A stretch of 43,273 nt of DNA from an uncultured Planctomycetales bacterium (GTDB taxonomy: Bacteria > Omnitrophota > Gorgyraeia > Gygaellales > Profunditerraquicolaceae): positions 1 through 43,273 of the forward strand of contig CAYWCX010000003.1 in assembly GCA_964456925.1 (NCBI GenBank), in the 5' to 3' direction. The translations under genes and the position numbers were made by a program. Shown piece after piece: positions 18,412 through 29,622 of the stretch. How positions within the stretch are numbered: position 1 is the stretch's first letter; each line of letters starts with the position of its first letter. The notes under the pieces are model-generated. The model saw only the letters and a program-made list of their open reading frames with translations, ran no database searches and had not been told where the DNA came from.

Positions 18412-19577
18412 CGGCACGCAAGCATTTTTTTACTTCGGAATCGGTAGGTGAGGGGCATCCGGACAAGGTCTGCGACCAGATATCCGATGCCGTGCTCGAC
18501 GAGGTCCTGCGGCTTGACCCTTACGGCAGGGTTGCCTGTGAGACTTACGTTACGATGGGGCTTTTGATTGTGGGGGGCGAGATTACCACTACGAGTTATG
18601 TGGACGTGCAGAACCTCACGCGTAATTTATTAAAGGAGATAGGTTACACCCATCCCAAATACGGTTTTGATTACCACACCTGCGCCATTATCAGCATCAT
18701 CCACAGCCAGTCTCCGGATATTTCCCAGGGGGTGGATAAGGGCGGGGCAGGCGACCAGGGTTTTATGATGGGGTATGCCTGCAGGGAAACCCCGGAGTTG
18801 ATGCCTTTGCCGATTATGATGGCGCATAAACTGGTAAAGCGCATTGCGGATGTGCGGCGGCAGGGAGTCTTGAAGTATCTCGGCCCCGACTGTAAATCCC
18901 AGGTAACGGTAGAGTATCACGATTCGCATCCGGTAAGGGTTGATTCCGTAGTCCTTGCCTGTCAGCACACCGACGAGATCCTTGATTCCACCAAGAATAA
19001 GATTACTAAAAAGGCGCGCCAGGAGATGATTGAGGTTATCGCCAGGCCCGTTTTAAAAGGGTACATCGATAAGAATACCAAATACTACGTGAACGAAACC
19101 GGCAAGTTCGTGGTAGGCGGGCCGCAGTCCGATACCGGGATGACCGGCAGGAAAATTGTGGTCGATACTTACGGCGGGGTAGTTGCGACGGGAGGGGGCG
19201 CCTTCTCCGGTAAAGACCCCACCAAGGTGGACCGCTCCGCAGCTTATACGGCCAGATACATTGCCAAGAATGTCGTGGGGGCGGGCCTCGCGGATAAATG
19301 TCTTATCCATCTTGCTTATGTTATCGGTCGGGCTGAGCCGTTGGCGATTATGATAGATACCTTTGGTACGGGCAGGCTTTCGGAGGCCGCATTCGATAAA
19401 CTCATCCGCGCCAACTTCGATCTTACTCCCCGCGGGATGATTAAAGAATTGGACCTCCTGCGTCCTATCTACCGAAAAACCGCCTGCTACGGCCATTTCG
19501 GCAGGACCGAACCGGAATTCAGCTGGGAGAACCTCGACAAAGCGGCGGCATTAAAGAGGCAGGCAAAGAGATTATAG
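18408..19577 (+). CDS. metK: S-adenosylmethionine synthetase
   Basis: [36 protein letters not shown] and [19 protein letters not shown] are canonical MetK motifs. Confidence 0.97.
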   Translation: MTARKHFFTSESVGEGHPDKVCDQISDAVLDEVLRLDPYGRVACETYVTMGLLIVGGEITTTSYVDVQNLTRNLLKEIGYTHPKYGFDYHTCAIISIIHSQSPDISQGVDKGGAGDQGFMMGYACRETPELMPLPIMMAHKLVKRIADVRRQGVLKYLGPDCKSQVTVEYHDSHPVRVDSVVLACQHTDEILDSTKNKITKKARQEMIEVIARPVLKGYIDKNTKYYVNETGKFVVGGPQSDTGMTGRKIVVDTYGGVVATGGGAFSGKDPTKVDRSAAYTARYIAKNVVGAGLADKCLIHLAYVIGRAEPLAIMIDTFGTGRLSEAAFDKLIRANFDLTPRGMIKELDLLRPIYRKTACYGHFGRTEPEFSWENLDKAAALKRQAKRL

Positions 19578-19580
19578 ATT

Positions 19581-19737
19581 TAGTAACTAGTAATTCAGTA
19601 ACTGGTAATTAAAGGCCGTAAAGCGTAATTCGTAAACCGTAAATGGTAATTTTTAGGAACAAAAGATTACGGATTACGATTTACGGATTACTGATTACAA
19701 AAATTACTAGTTACTCGTTACTAGTTTACTAGTTACT
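19581..19737. repeat. Imperfect palindrome of about 160 nt built from GTAA-containing ~7-nt units (left arm) and their complement TTAC units (right arm)
   Basis: Left arm: TAGTAACTAGTAATTCAGTAACTGGTAATT..CCGTAAAGCGTAATTCGTAAACCGTAAATGGTAAT. Centre: TTTTAGGAACAAAAG. Right arm: ATTACGGATTACGATTTACGGATTACTGATTAC..AATTACTAGTTACTCGTTACTAGTTTACTAGTTACT. It occupies the whole metK-ahcY spacer. Confidence 0.85.
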
Positions 19738-19754
19738 TAACATAAGGAGATTTA

Positions 19755-21011
19755 ATGAGGTATGATATTAAGGATATTAAATTAGCGAAAAAGGGCGGCT
19801 TGAGGATTGAATGGGCCAGGAACAATATGCCGGTCTTAAGGCTGATAGCAGAGCGTTTCCAAAGACAGCGCCCGTTAAGGGGCCTGAAGGTTTCCTGCTG
19901 TTTACACGTTACTACCGAGACCGCGGTGTTGGCCGAGGTGCTAAGAAGAGGCGGGGCCGAGGTGGCGATTTGCGCCTCCAATCCGCTCTCCACCCAGGAT
20001 GACGTGGCCGCTTCTTTGGTCAGGGATGCAAAAATTCCGGTTTTTGCAATTAAAGGCGAAAACACCGCAACTTATTATAAGCATATTAAGGCGACGCTGG
20101 CTTCCCGGCCGGATATCACCATGGATGACGGCGCGGATTTAGTGAGCACCATACACCGCCGCAGTCCCGAAAAGCACCGCAATATCATCGGCGGCACCGA
20201 AGAGACCACTACCGGCGTGATAAGGTTGCGCGCCTTGGCGCGGGAAGGAAAATTACGTTATCCCATTATTGCGGTAAATGACGCCTCCACCAAGCACCTT
20301 TTTGATAACCGCTACGGCACCGGCCAATCCACGGTTGACGGGATTGTGCGCGCCACCAATAAATTACTGGCAGGCGCGAATTTCGTAGTCTGCGGTTACG
20401 GCTGGTGCGGTAAAGGCGTGGCAATGCGCGCTAACGGCATGGGCGCTAAGGTGATTATAGTTGAGGTTTCCCCTTTGCGCGGCCTTGAGGCAGCGATGGA
20501 CGGCTTCCAGGTTATGCCGATTGCCCGGGCAGCTAAAATCGGCGATATCTTTGTTACCACTACCGGCGACACTGCCGTTATCCGTCAAGAGCATTTCAAG
20601 GCAATGAAGGACGGCGCCATCGTCGCCAACTCCGGGCATTTTAATGTCGAGGTCGATATCCCGGCTCTGGCAAAGTTAGCCCGCGCGAAAAAACGCATCC
20701 GGGATTTTGTGGATGAGTATATTTTAAAGGACGGCCGTAAGATTTACGTTTTAGGCGAGGGCAGGCTGATTAACCTCGCGGCTGCCGAAGGTCACCCCGC
20801 ACAGGTGATGGATATGTCCTTCGCCAACCAGGCGTTAAGCGTCGAGTATATCGCCCGCAACCATAAGAAATTAAGCAATGATGTTTATGGCGTCCCGGCG
20901 GAACTGGACCATAAAGTTGCGGATTTGAAATTAAAATCTTTAGGTATTAAAATAGACGTCCTTACGAAGGAACAGAAGAAGTATCTTGCCAGTTGGGAGT
21001 TAGGCACTTGA
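19755..21011 (+). CDS. ahcY: Adenosylhomocysteinase
   Basis: [35 protein letters not shown] and [12 protein letters not shown] motifs. Confidence 0.96.
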   Translation: MRYDIKDIKLAKKGGLRIEWARNNMPVLRLIAERFQRQRPLRGLKVSCCLHVTTETAVLAEVLRRGGAEVAICASNPLSTQDDVAASLVRDAKIPVFAIKGENTATYYKHIKATLASRPDITMDDGADLVSTIHRRSPEKHRNIIGGTEETTTGVIRLRALAREGKLRYPIIAVNDASTKHLFDNRYGTGQSTVDGIVRATNKLLAGANFVVCGYGWCGKGVAMRANGMGAKVIIVEVSPLRGLEAAMDGFQVMPIARAAKIGDIFVTTTGDTAVIRQEHFKAMKDGAIVANSGHFNVEVDIPALAKLARAKKRIRDFVDEYILKDGRKIYVLGEGRLINLAAAEGHPAQVMDMSFANQALSVEYIARNHKKLSNDVYGVPAELDHKVADLKLKSLGIKIDVLTKEQKKYLASWELGT

Positions 21012-21970
21012 TAAAGCGCATTGCAGTCCTGACTACCGGCGGTGATGCCCCGGGGATGAACGCGGCCATCCGCGCGGTGGTGCGGCACGCTATCTACAAG
21101 AAGATAGAGGTGTTCGGGGTATTGCGCGGCTGGTGGGGGCTGATTAATGAAGAGATGAGGATGCTGGACCACCGCGCGGTTTCCGGCATCATCAATACCG
21201 GCGGCACGATACTTAAGACTGCCCGCTGCCCGGAGTTCACTACCGCGCAAGGCCAGGAGAGGGCACTTGGTACTATAAAGAAGAATAATATAGACGGGCT
21301 GGTCGTAATCGGCGGTAACGGCAGTTTTGAAGCCGCCCATGACTTCGGCACCAGATATCATATACCCTGCGTCGGCATCCCCGCTTCTATTGATAATGAT
21401 ATCAACGGCATAGATATGACGATAGGGGTGGACACCGCTATTAATACGGCGTTGGCTGCCATTGACAATATCCGCGATACCGCCACCTCGATGGAGCGGA
21501 TTTTTGTGGTGGAGGTGATGGGCAGGGATAGCGGTTTTATCGCCCTTACCGTGGCTTTAGTCGGCGGCTGCGAGGAAGCGATTATCCCGGAGAGAAAGTT
21601 TGACCTGGAGGCGGCCTGTAATGATATCGTCGAAGGCAATATCAAAGGCAAGGTCAGCTGGATTATCGTGGTAGCGGAAGGCGCCGGTCATGCCGAGGAC
21701 ATTGCCAGAAAGATTACCGAGATTACCGGGCTTGAAACCAGAGCAGTGGTATTAGGGCACGTGCAAAGAGGCGGAAGGCCTACTGCGCTTAGCCGCGAGC
21801 TCGCCCTGAAGTTAGGCGAGGCAGCGGTAGATTGCCTTGCCGGCGGCAAGTCCGACCTCGCGGTAGGGCTATGTTGCGGTAAAATCACCACCGTAGATTT
21901 TACCACCGCTATCGCCAAGAAGAAATTTGAAACGGACAAACTCTACAGTTTAATCAAGACCTTGACCTAA
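21008..21970 (+). CDS. pfkA: ATP-dependent 6-phosphofructokinase
   Basis: The preferred start is TTG 21008, giving (M)[24 protein letters not shown]. It overlaps the ahcY stop as TTGA. Downstream motifs are GIPASIDND and MGRDSG. Confidence 0.93.
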   Translation: MIKRIAVLTTGGDAPGMNAAIRAVVRHAIYKKIEVFGVLRGWWGLINEEMRMLDHRAVSGIINTGGTILKTARCPEFTTAQGQERALGTIKKNNIDGLVVIGGNGSFEAAHDFGTRYHIPCVGIPASIDNDINGIDMTIGVDTAINTALAAIDNIRDTATSMERIFVVEVMGRDSGFIALTVALVGGCEEAIIPERKFDLEAACNDIVEGNIKGKVSWIIVVAEGAGHAEDIARKITEITGLETRAVVLGHVQRGGRPTALSRELALKLGEAAVDCLAGGKSDLAVGLCCGKITTVDFTTAIAKKKFETDKLYSLIKTLT

Positions 21971-21984
21971 GGAGGAATATCGCA

Positions 21985-23313
21985 ATGGGGAGAAGGCCGC
22001 TGGATATGGACAAAATAGTTTCCGCGCTGGCGCTAAGCGACGACACCGCAGTTAAGACCAAACTTGCCAAGAAAATCTCAAACATCGCTTATAAAAAAGG
22101 GGTTTATCCCAGCAGTATTCATAACTTTTATATGGCACGGGGTAAGGGCGAATTCAACGGCTTTACCGTCCCGGCGATTAATTTAAGGAGTCTCAGTTAT
22201 GATTTGGCGCGCGCAATCTTTCGGGTCGCCAAAAAGAATAACACCGGCGCCTTTATCTTTGAAATTGCCAAGTCCGAAATGGGTTATACCGCTCAGCCGC
22301 CGGCAGAGTATGCGGCAGTGATTCTGGCTGCCGCGGTTAAAGAAGGCTTTAAGGGAGCGGTTTTCATCCAGGGGGACCATTTCCAGGTCAATCCCAAAAA
22401 ATTCAGCGAAGGCCCCGTTAAAGAAGTCGAAGGACTGAAGTCTTTAATCAGCGAGGCGGTGGAGGCGGGTTTTTACAATATTGATATCGATTCCTCGACT
22501 TTGGTGGATTTATCCAAAAGCGATATCAAAAAGCAGCAGCTTAATAATTACGAGGTCTGCGCCAAGCTTACCCAGTTTATCCGGCAGATTCAGCCCCGCG
22601 GGATTGAAGTTTCGGTGGGCGGTGAAATCGGAGAAGTAGGAAGTAAGAACTCTACGCCCGAAGAGTTGCGCGCATTTATGCAGGGTTATAAAGAAAGGCT
22701 GCGCAAGGGCCGCACCGGCTTGAGCAAGATAAGCGTGCAGACCGGAACCTCCCACGGCGGCGTAGTCCTGCCGGACGGCAGCGTAGCCCAGGTAAAACTG
22801 GACTTCGATACCTTAAAGACGCTCTCAAAGATTGCCCGCGAGGAATTCGGCCTGGCCGGAGCAGTGCAGCACGGCGCCTCAACCCTGCCGCAGGAGGCCT
22901 TCCATAAGTTCCCGGAGGTGGATACTGCCGAGGTGCACCTGGCAACCGAATTCCAGAACATGATCTATGAATCAAAACATTTTCCCGCGGATTTAAGGGT
23001 AAAAATCTACGAGTGGCTTAAAATAAATTGCGCGGCGGAAAGAAAGGAAGGGGAGACCGAAGAGCAGTTTATCTATAAGACCCGCAAAAAGGCCCTCGGC
23101 CCTTTCAAGAAGGATATTATGGGTCTGCCTCAAGGGGTACGGAGCGCCATCGCCGCCGAAATCGAGGAAAAGTTTGACTTCCTTTTTAAGCAGTTGAATA
23201 CTGTTAATAATAAAGAGCTGGTGGATAAGTACGTGGTGTTAAAGCGCGTGATTATCCGTAAGCGCAACGAAACAGCCGGGAACCTCCCGCACGATAGCGA
23301 AGGAGCGGATTGA
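21985..23313 (+). CDS. fba: Class II fructose-bisphosphate (ketose-bisphosphate) aldolase, long form
   Basis: FIQGDHFQ, SVQTGTSHGG and AVQHGASTLP are class II aldolase metal and substrate motifs. Confidence 0.88.
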   Translation: MGRRPLDMDKIVSALALSDDTAVKTKLAKKISNIAYKKGVYPSSIHNFYMARGKGEFNGFTVPAINLRSLSYDLARAIFRVAKKNNTGAFIFEIAKSEMGYTAQPPAEYAAVILAAAVKEGFKGAVFIQGDHFQVNPKKFSEGPVKEVEGLKSLISEAVEAGFYNIDIDSSTLVDLSKSDIKKQQLNNYEVCAKLTQFIRQIQPRGIEVSVGGEIGEVGSKNSTPEELRAFMQGYKERLRKGRTGLSKISVQTGTSHGGVVLPDGSVAQVKLDFDTLKTLSKIAREEFGLAGAVQHGASTLPQEAFHKFPEVDTAEVHLATEFQNMIYESKHFPADLRVKIYEWLKINCAAERKEGETEEQFIYKTRKKALGPFKKDIMGLPQGVRSAIAAEIEEKFDFLFKQLNTVNNKELVDKYVVLKRVIIRKRNETAGNLPHDSEGAD

Positions 23314-23318
23314 TTTTT

Positions 23319-23354
23319 AGTAACTAGTAAACTAGTAACGAGTAACTAGTAATT
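23319..23354. repeat. 36-nt exact inverted copy of 19702-19737, the right arm of the metK-ahcY palindrome
   Basis: AGTAACTAGTAAACTAGTAACGAGTAACTAGTAATT at 23319-23354 is the perfect reverse complement of AATTACTAGTTACTCGTTACTAGTTTACTAGTTACT at 19702-19737. It carries three ACTAGT hexamers. Confidence 0.9.
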
Positions 23355-23374
23355 AAAAACACAGGAGAAAAAAT

Positions 23375-25027
23375 ATGCGTTCAGATAAGATTAAGAAAGG
23401 TCTAGAGCGTGTTCCGCACCGCGCGCTTTTACATGCTACGGGTCTAAGCAGGGACGACTTAGACAGGCCGTTTATCGGCATCGCCACTTCCTTTACGGAT
23501 TTAATACCCGGGCATATCGGTATGCGCGATTTAGAGCGTTTCATTGAGCGGGGAGTCTGTTACGGCGGCGGGGTGCCGTTTTTGTTCGGGGTGCCGGGTA
23601 TCTGCGACGGTATCGCCATGGGGCATCTGGGGATGTGCTATCCCCTTGCCTTAAGAGAAACCGTGGCGGATATCATTGAGACCGTTTGTAACGCCCACCA
23701 GTTAGACGGCGTTGTCTGCCTTACTAACTGCGATAAGATTACTCCCGGGATGCTCATGGGCGCGGCGCGCCTGAATATTCCGACGATAGTAGTTACCGCC
23801 GGGCCGATGTTCTCCGGCCGTTATAAAGAAAGGAAGCTTGCCTTTGTGCATGATACCTATGAGGGGTTATCGCGGGCAAAAAGAGGCGAAATTTCCGACG
23901 AGGAACTGGCCTGCCTGGAGATGGAGGCCTGTCCCGGCGCAGGTTCCTGCCAGGGCCTGTATACCGCTAACACGATGGCTTGTATTACCGAAGCCATGGG
24001 CATGTCCCTTCCCGGCTGCGCGACGGCTATGGCGGCTTCGGCCAGAAAGAGGAGGATTGCCCAGGCCAGCGGCGAGCGCATCGTGAAACTGGTAAGGAAG
24101 AATATCAAGCCCCTGGATATTATTAAGGAAAGGTCTTTAGAAAACGCCATTACCGTGGATATGGCGCTGGGCGGCTCCAGCAATACCGTGCTGCATTTGA
24201 TGGCGATTGCCCATGAAGCGGGAATAAAATTAGACTTGAAGACCTTTGATGGAATCAGCAGGAAGACCCCGCATATTACGAACCTCGAGCCTGCGGGCCC
24301 GCATTTTATGGAAGACTTGGAGCACGCCGGCGGCATACCCGCGGTGTTAAAGAGACTAAGGCCTAAACTGCACAACGTGGTTACTGCCAGCGGCCTGAAA
24401 ATTTTTGATATTGCCGACCGCGCCGCGATTCACGACCAGGAGGTGCTGCGGCCCTTAAACCGCGCTTATCACCAGCAGGGCGGGATTGCGGTTCTCTACG
24501 GCAACCTGGCACCGCAGGGCGCGGTGGTTAAGCAGTCTGCAGTCAGCCCAAAGATGATGAAATTCAGCGGCAAGGCAAGGGTCTTTAACTGCGAGGAAGA
24601 GGCGATGCAGGCAATCCTCAATAACCGCATCCGTCGAGGCGAGGTCATCGTAATCCGTTACGAAGGGCCTGCCGGCGGTCCGGGTATGCGCGAGATGCTT
24701 GCCCCGACTTCGGCAATCGTAGGGATGGGTTTAGCTGAGTCCGTGGCCCTGATTACCGACGGAAGGTTTTCCGGCGGCACCAAGGGTCCCTGCATCGGCC
24801 ATATTTCGCCCGAGGCCTCGGCAGGGGGACCGATTGCTATTTTGAAGGACGGTGATATAATCGATATAGAGATAGCGAAGAGGAAATTGAGCGTGCGGCT
24901 CGGTAGCGAGGAGATCAGCAAGAGGCTGAAACATTTTAAGCCCTTACCGCCCAAGATTAAGACGGGTTATCTGGCGCGTTATTCCAAGTTAGTATCTTCG
25001 GCAGACAAAGGAGCAATATTAAGGTAA
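23375..25027 (+). CDS. ilvD: Dihydroxy-acid dehydratase
   Basis: [28 protein letters not shown] and TDGRFSGGT motifs. Confidence 0.96.
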   Translation: MRSDKIKKGLERVPHRALLHATGLSRDDLDRPFIGIATSFTDLIPGHIGMRDLERFIERGVCYGGGVPFLFGVPGICDGIAMGHLGMCYPLALRETVADIIETVCNAHQLDGVVCLTNCDKITPGMLMGAARLNIPTIVVTAGPMFSGRYKERKLAFVHDTYEGLSRAKRGEISDEELACLEMEACPGAGSCQGLYTANTMACITEAMGMSLPGCATAMAASARKRRIAQASGERIVKLVRKNIKPLDIIKERSLENAITVDMALGGSSNTVLHLMAIAHEAGIKLDLKTFDGISRKTPHITNLEPAGPHFMEDLEHAGGIPAVLKRLRPKLHNVVTASGLKIFDIADRAAIHDQEVLRPLNRAYHQQGGIAVLYGNLAPQGAVVKQSAVSPKMMKFSGKARVFNCEEEAMQAILNNRIRRGEVIVIRYEGPAGGPGMREMLAPTSAIVGMGLAESVALITDGRFSGGTKGPCIGHISPEASAGGPIAILKDGDIIDIEIAKRKLSVRLGSEEISKRLKHFKPLPPKIKTGYLARYSKLVSSADKGAILR

Positions 25028-25028
25028 G

Positions 25029-26699
25029 ATGAAAATCAACGGCGCACAGATTCTAATCGAGAGCTTAAAGCGCGAAGGCGTCGAGATAATGTTCGGTTAT
25101 CCCGGAGGCCAGGTGTTGCCGCTTTTCGACAAAATCTACGACAGCGATATCAGGTTTATCCTCACCCGGCACGAACAGGGGGCAGCCCACGCTGCCGACG
25201 GCTATGCCCGCGCAACCGGCAAGCCCGGGGTATGCGTTGCCACATCAGGGCCGGGCGCCACCAATTTGACCACCGGCATCGCGACTGCCTATATGGACTC
25301 CATTCCGATAGTTGCGATTACCGGGCAGGTGAAGACCTCGGTTATCGGCAACGATGCCTTCCAGGAGGCGGATGTCACCGGTATTACCCGACCGATTACC
25401 AAATATAATTACCTCGTGAAGAACGTCAAAGATGTCGCGCGGGTGGTACGCGAGGCAATGCATATTTCTTCAACCGGAAGGCCCGGTCCCGTATTGATTG
25501 ATATCCCAAGCGATGTCCAATTGCAGGAGACCGAATTTATCTGGCCCGAAGAAATAGAAATCCGCGGTTACAAGCCCACTTATTTCGGTCACCCCGGTCA
25601 GATTAAAAAGGCCGCTAAATTGATTTCCAGGGCCAAAAGGCCGATTATCTACGCCGGCGGAGGGGTAATCAGCTCCGGCGCGCATCAGGAACTGCGGGAA
25701 TTAGCAGAGCGGCTGAACATTCCGGTAACCTGGACTTTAATGGGGATCGGCGGCTTCCCGAGCGCCCATCCTTTATCGCTGGGGATGCTGGGGATGCACG
25801 GCACTGCCTATGCCAACTACGCTATCATGGGAGCGGATGTTATTATCGCGGTAGGCGCGCGTTTTGACGACCGCGTCACCGGAAGGCTGGATGTTTTTGC
25901 CAAAGGCGCCAAAATCATTCATATTGATATTGACCCTTCATCCATCAGCAAGAATGTCGGGGTGGAGATTCCGGTAGTAGGCGATGCCAAGAATGTACTC
26001 GGGCAGTTGCTCGAGGAACTTGAAGAGCCCGCCGATATCTCGGAGTGGCTTAAGGCGGTTGAAGACTGGAAGAAAAAACACCCGATGAAATATAAGGAAA
26101 ACGGCAAACTTAAGCCGCAGTATGTCATTGAGCAGATTGAGGCGGCGACCAGGGGCGAAGCCATTATTACTACCGAGGTAGGGCAGAACCAGATGTGGGC
26201 AGCGCAGTGGTATAAATACAGCCATCCGCGCAGCTTTATCTCCAGCGGCGGTTTGGGCACGATGGGTTATGGCTTTCCCGCTGCGATGGGCGCAAAGTTA
26301 GGCTGCCCTGAAAAAACAGTATTTGATATTGCCGGCGACGGCTCCATCCAGATGAACATCCAGGAACTGGCGACCTGCGTCTGCAATAAAATCAACGTAA
26401 AGGTGGCGATATTGAATAACGGCTATCTCGGGATGGTGCGGCAGTGGCAGGAGCTTTTTTACAAGAAACGTTATTCCCACACCTGCCTCTATAATCCGGA
26501 CTTCGTCAAACTCGCGGAGAGTTACGGCGCAGTGGGTTTGCGGGTAACCAAAAAAGAAGAGGTGCGCCCTGCCTTGGACCGCGCCATTACGGCGGATAAC
26601 ACGGTATTTATTGATTTTCAGATTGAGCCGGAAGAAAACGTTTATCCGATGGTCCCGGCGGGCGAAGCCATTAACAATATGATCGACGGATTGGCATAA
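25029..26699 (+). CDS. ilvB: Acetolactate synthase, large (catalytic) subunit
   Basis: TPP enzyme motifs: [30 protein letters not shown] and [12 protein letters not shown]. Confidence 0.95.
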   Translation: MKINGAQILIESLKREGVEIMFGYPGGQVLPLFDKIYDSDIRFILTRHEQGAAHAADGYARATGKPGVCVATSGPGATNLTTGIATAYMDSIPIVAITGQVKTSVIGNDAFQEADVTGITRPITKYNYLVKNVKDVARVVREAMHISSTGRPGPVLIDIPSDVQLQETEFIWPEEIEIRGYKPTYFGHPGQIKKAAKLISRAKRPIIYAGGGVISSGAHQELRELAERLNIPVTWTLMGIGGFPSAHPLSLGMLGMHGTAYANYAIMGADVIIAVGARFDDRVTGRLDVFAKGAKIIHIDIDPSSISKNVGVEIPVVGDAKNVLGQLLEELEEPADISEWLKAVEDWKKKHPMKYKENGKLKPQYVIEQIEAATRGEAIITTEVGQNQMWAAQWYKYSHPRSFISSGGLGTMGYGFPAAMGAKLGCPEKTVFDIAGDGSIQMNIQELATCVCNKINVKVAILNNGYLGMVRQWQELFYKKRYSHTCLYNPDFVKLAESYGAVGLRVTKKEEVRPALDRAITADNTVFIDFQIEPEENVYPMVPAGEAINNMIDGLA

Positions 26700-27175
26700 T
26701 GAGACACACTATCGCGGCAATAGTAGAAAATAAACCCGGCGTCCTGGCGCGTATCGCGGGGTTGTTCAGCGCCCGCGGTTACAACATCGCCTCCCTGGCG
26801 GTAAGCGAGACCCTTGACCCGACTATCTCCTATTTAACAATGGTGGTGGAGGCAGAGGACGAGAAGATCCTGGAGCAGATAAAAAAACAACTGCACAAGC
26901 TCATTGATGTCATCAAGATTACGGATTTTACCAAAAAGGAGCACGCCGAAAGGGAGCTGGTCCTCGTCAAGGTGAATTGCCCGTCTAAGGACAAGGCCAA
27001 ACTTGAAGGGGTCTTAAGCAAATATCTGGCGTGCCTGATTAAACATAAGGACAACCTTGCCATCATCGGCGCGATGGACGAACAGGAGCGGATTAGGCAG
27101 CTGCTGGAAAGCCTTGCTCAATTCGGGATAAAGGAATTAGTGCGCACCGGTAAGGTTGCCATCAGCCTGGATTAA
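26699..27175 (+). CDS. ilvN: Acetolactate synthase, small (regulatory, ACT domain) subunit
   Basis: VENKPGVLARIAGLFSARGYNIASL. TAATG overlap with ilvB. Confidence 0.93.
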   Translation: MRHTIAAIVENKPGVLARIAGLFSARGYNIASLAVSETLDPTISYLTMVVEAEDEKILEQIKKQLHKLIDVIKITDFTKKEHAERELVLVKVNCPSKDKAKLEGVLSKYLACLIKHKDNLAIIGAMDEQERIRQLLESLAQFGIKELVRTGKVAISLD

Positions 27176-27176
27176 G

Positions 27177-28607
27177 ATGGCTCCTAATCCCAGATTACCT
27201 TCTATAGAGAACGCCCCTTTAAGTTATAAATTTACCGTTTTGTTCATTGTCATGTCGCTTCTGCCCTTTATCGTAATCGCCTACTTTTTTTTATTGTGGC
27301 GTCAGTACGGCGGTATCCCGATATCCGAGGGGACCTTTGTGCTGATTATCTTTCTGGTCGGCTGCGGGGCCCTGGCGGGTTTTTACGGTATGCGCCGCTC
27401 TCTCCTCAAGATTAACGCCCTGGCGCGCCAGGGAAGCCAGCTTTTAAATAAGGATAATCCCTCTGCCGCGCTTAAAGAGTCCCAGGAGAACGAGATTATG
27501 CAGCTTAGCCGCACCTTCCGGGATATTACCAGGAGCCTTGAGGATAATATCAGGCGGCTGGAGGAATCCAAGCACGTCACGCAATATGTCCTTTCGCGCC
27601 TGGCAGCGGGGCTTGCATCCCCGCACAGCATCGACGCCTTTCTCGACCTCATCGTCGAGATTACCGCCAATGCCCTGGGGGCCAAGGCCGGAATACTTAT
27701 GGTGCTGGATGAGGCAAGGCAGGAACTTTACATTAAGAGCGCCTCCGGGATAAAAGAAAAGTTTAAAAATATGCGTTTTGCCGTAGGGGAAGAGGGTCCG
27801 GGATGGGTAGCGCTGCACCGCAAGCCCTTGTTGATTCCTTCGCTGGACGACGGGACCGCCGGCAGCGAAGAGGGAATTTTCGTCCCGCCCCTTTTATGCG
27901 CGCCGATGCTTTACCAGAACCGTCTTATCGGGGTTCTGGCAGTTACGGGTAAATACAGCGGCGGAAGTTTTAGCGAAGACGAGCTGCTGATTATTTCGAA
28001 CCTGGCTTCCCAGACCGCCGTGGCCCTGGAGAACGAACGACTTAATAAGAGCGCCGAAGAGACTTATGTCGGGACCGTTTCGGCTTTGGCAATGGCGGTG
28101 GAAGCGCGCGACCCGCACAGCCGCGGCCATTCCGACCGCGTTTCGCAGTATGCGGTAAAGGCCGCGCAGAAGTTAAATCTCGAGGCGGGAATTATCAACG
28201 ATATCAAAAATGCGGGGGAGCTGCACGATGTGGGCAAGATCGGCATCAGCGACAGCATCCTGAAAAAACCCGGTCCGCTCACTCCCGACGAGTGGCAGAT
28301 AATGTACCGCCACCCCGTTATCGGCGAGGGGATACTCAAACCGGTGCGTTCGCTTTCGCGGCTCTGCGGCATCATCCGGCACCACCACGAGTGTATGGAC
28401 GGCAGCGGTTATCCCGACGGTTTAAAGGGTGAAGATATTCCTATAGGCGCCAGGATTATGGCAGTGGCGGACAGTTTTGATGCCATGACCAGCGACCGGC
28501 CTTACCGCAAGGCCCTGAGCACCGAAGAGGCCAAGCAGGAATTGCTAAAATACGCCGGCAGCCGTTATGACCGCAAGGTCGTGGAGGCCTTTTTAAGCGT
28601 TATTTAA
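27177..28607 (+). CDS. Membrane-anchored GAF and HD-GYP domain protein (putative c-di-GMP phosphodiesterase)
   Basis: N-terminal hydrophobic helices, a central GAF-like region, [13 protein letters not shown] (HD) and [14 protein letters not shown] (GYP). ATG 27177, directly after the ilvN stop, is preferred over TTG 27156. Confidence 0.85.
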   Translation: MAPNPRLPSIENAPLSYKFTVLFIVMSLLPFIVIAYFFLLWRQYGGIPISEGTFVLIIFLVGCGALAGFYGMRRSLLKINALARQGSQLLNKDNPSAALKESQENEIMQLSRTFRDITRSLEDNIRRLEESKHVTQYVLSRLAAGLASPHSIDAFLDLIVEITANALGAKAGILMVLDEARQELYIKSASGIKEKFKNMRFAVGEEGPGWVALHRKPLLIPSLDDGTAGSEEGIFVPPLLCAPMLYQNRLIGVLAVTGKYSGGSFSEDELLIISNLASQTAVALENERLNKSAEETYVGTVSALAMAVEARDPHSRGHSDRVSQYAVKAAQKLNLEAGIINDIKNAGELHDVGKIGISDSILKKPGPLTPDEWQIMYRHPVIGEGILKPVRSLSRLCGIIRHHHECMDGSGYPDGLKGEDIPIGARIMAVADSFDAMTSDRPYRKALSTEEAKQELLKYAGSRYDRKVVEAFLSVI

Positions 28608-28629
28608 AATAACAAGGGAGGAGAAGGAA

Positions 28630-29622
<993 letters not shown>

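Noticed and set aside
19581-19737. CRISPR array or conventional tandem-repeat array
   Set aside because: The units are only ~7 nt, with no spacer-repeat alternation, and the two halves are mutually complementary. No cas genes are in the window.
19578-19754. SAM or SAH riboswitch between metK and ahcY
   Set aside because: The spacer is AT-rich heptad repeats with none of the GC-rich conserved cores I recall for SAM-I/II or SAH riboswitches. This was not checked with covariance models.
19755-23313. Invertible (phase-variable) DNA segment bounded by the 36-nt inverted repeats
   Set aside because: There is no invertase or recombinase nearby, and inversion would put three essential metabolic genes antisense to their operon. 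The idea is kept only as a low-probability option in the findings.
27156-27176. TTG 27156 start for the HD-GYP gene
   Set aside because: It overlaps the ilvN 3' end by 20 nt. An in-frame ATG at 27177 follows the ilvN stop directly and gives a sensible N-terminus.
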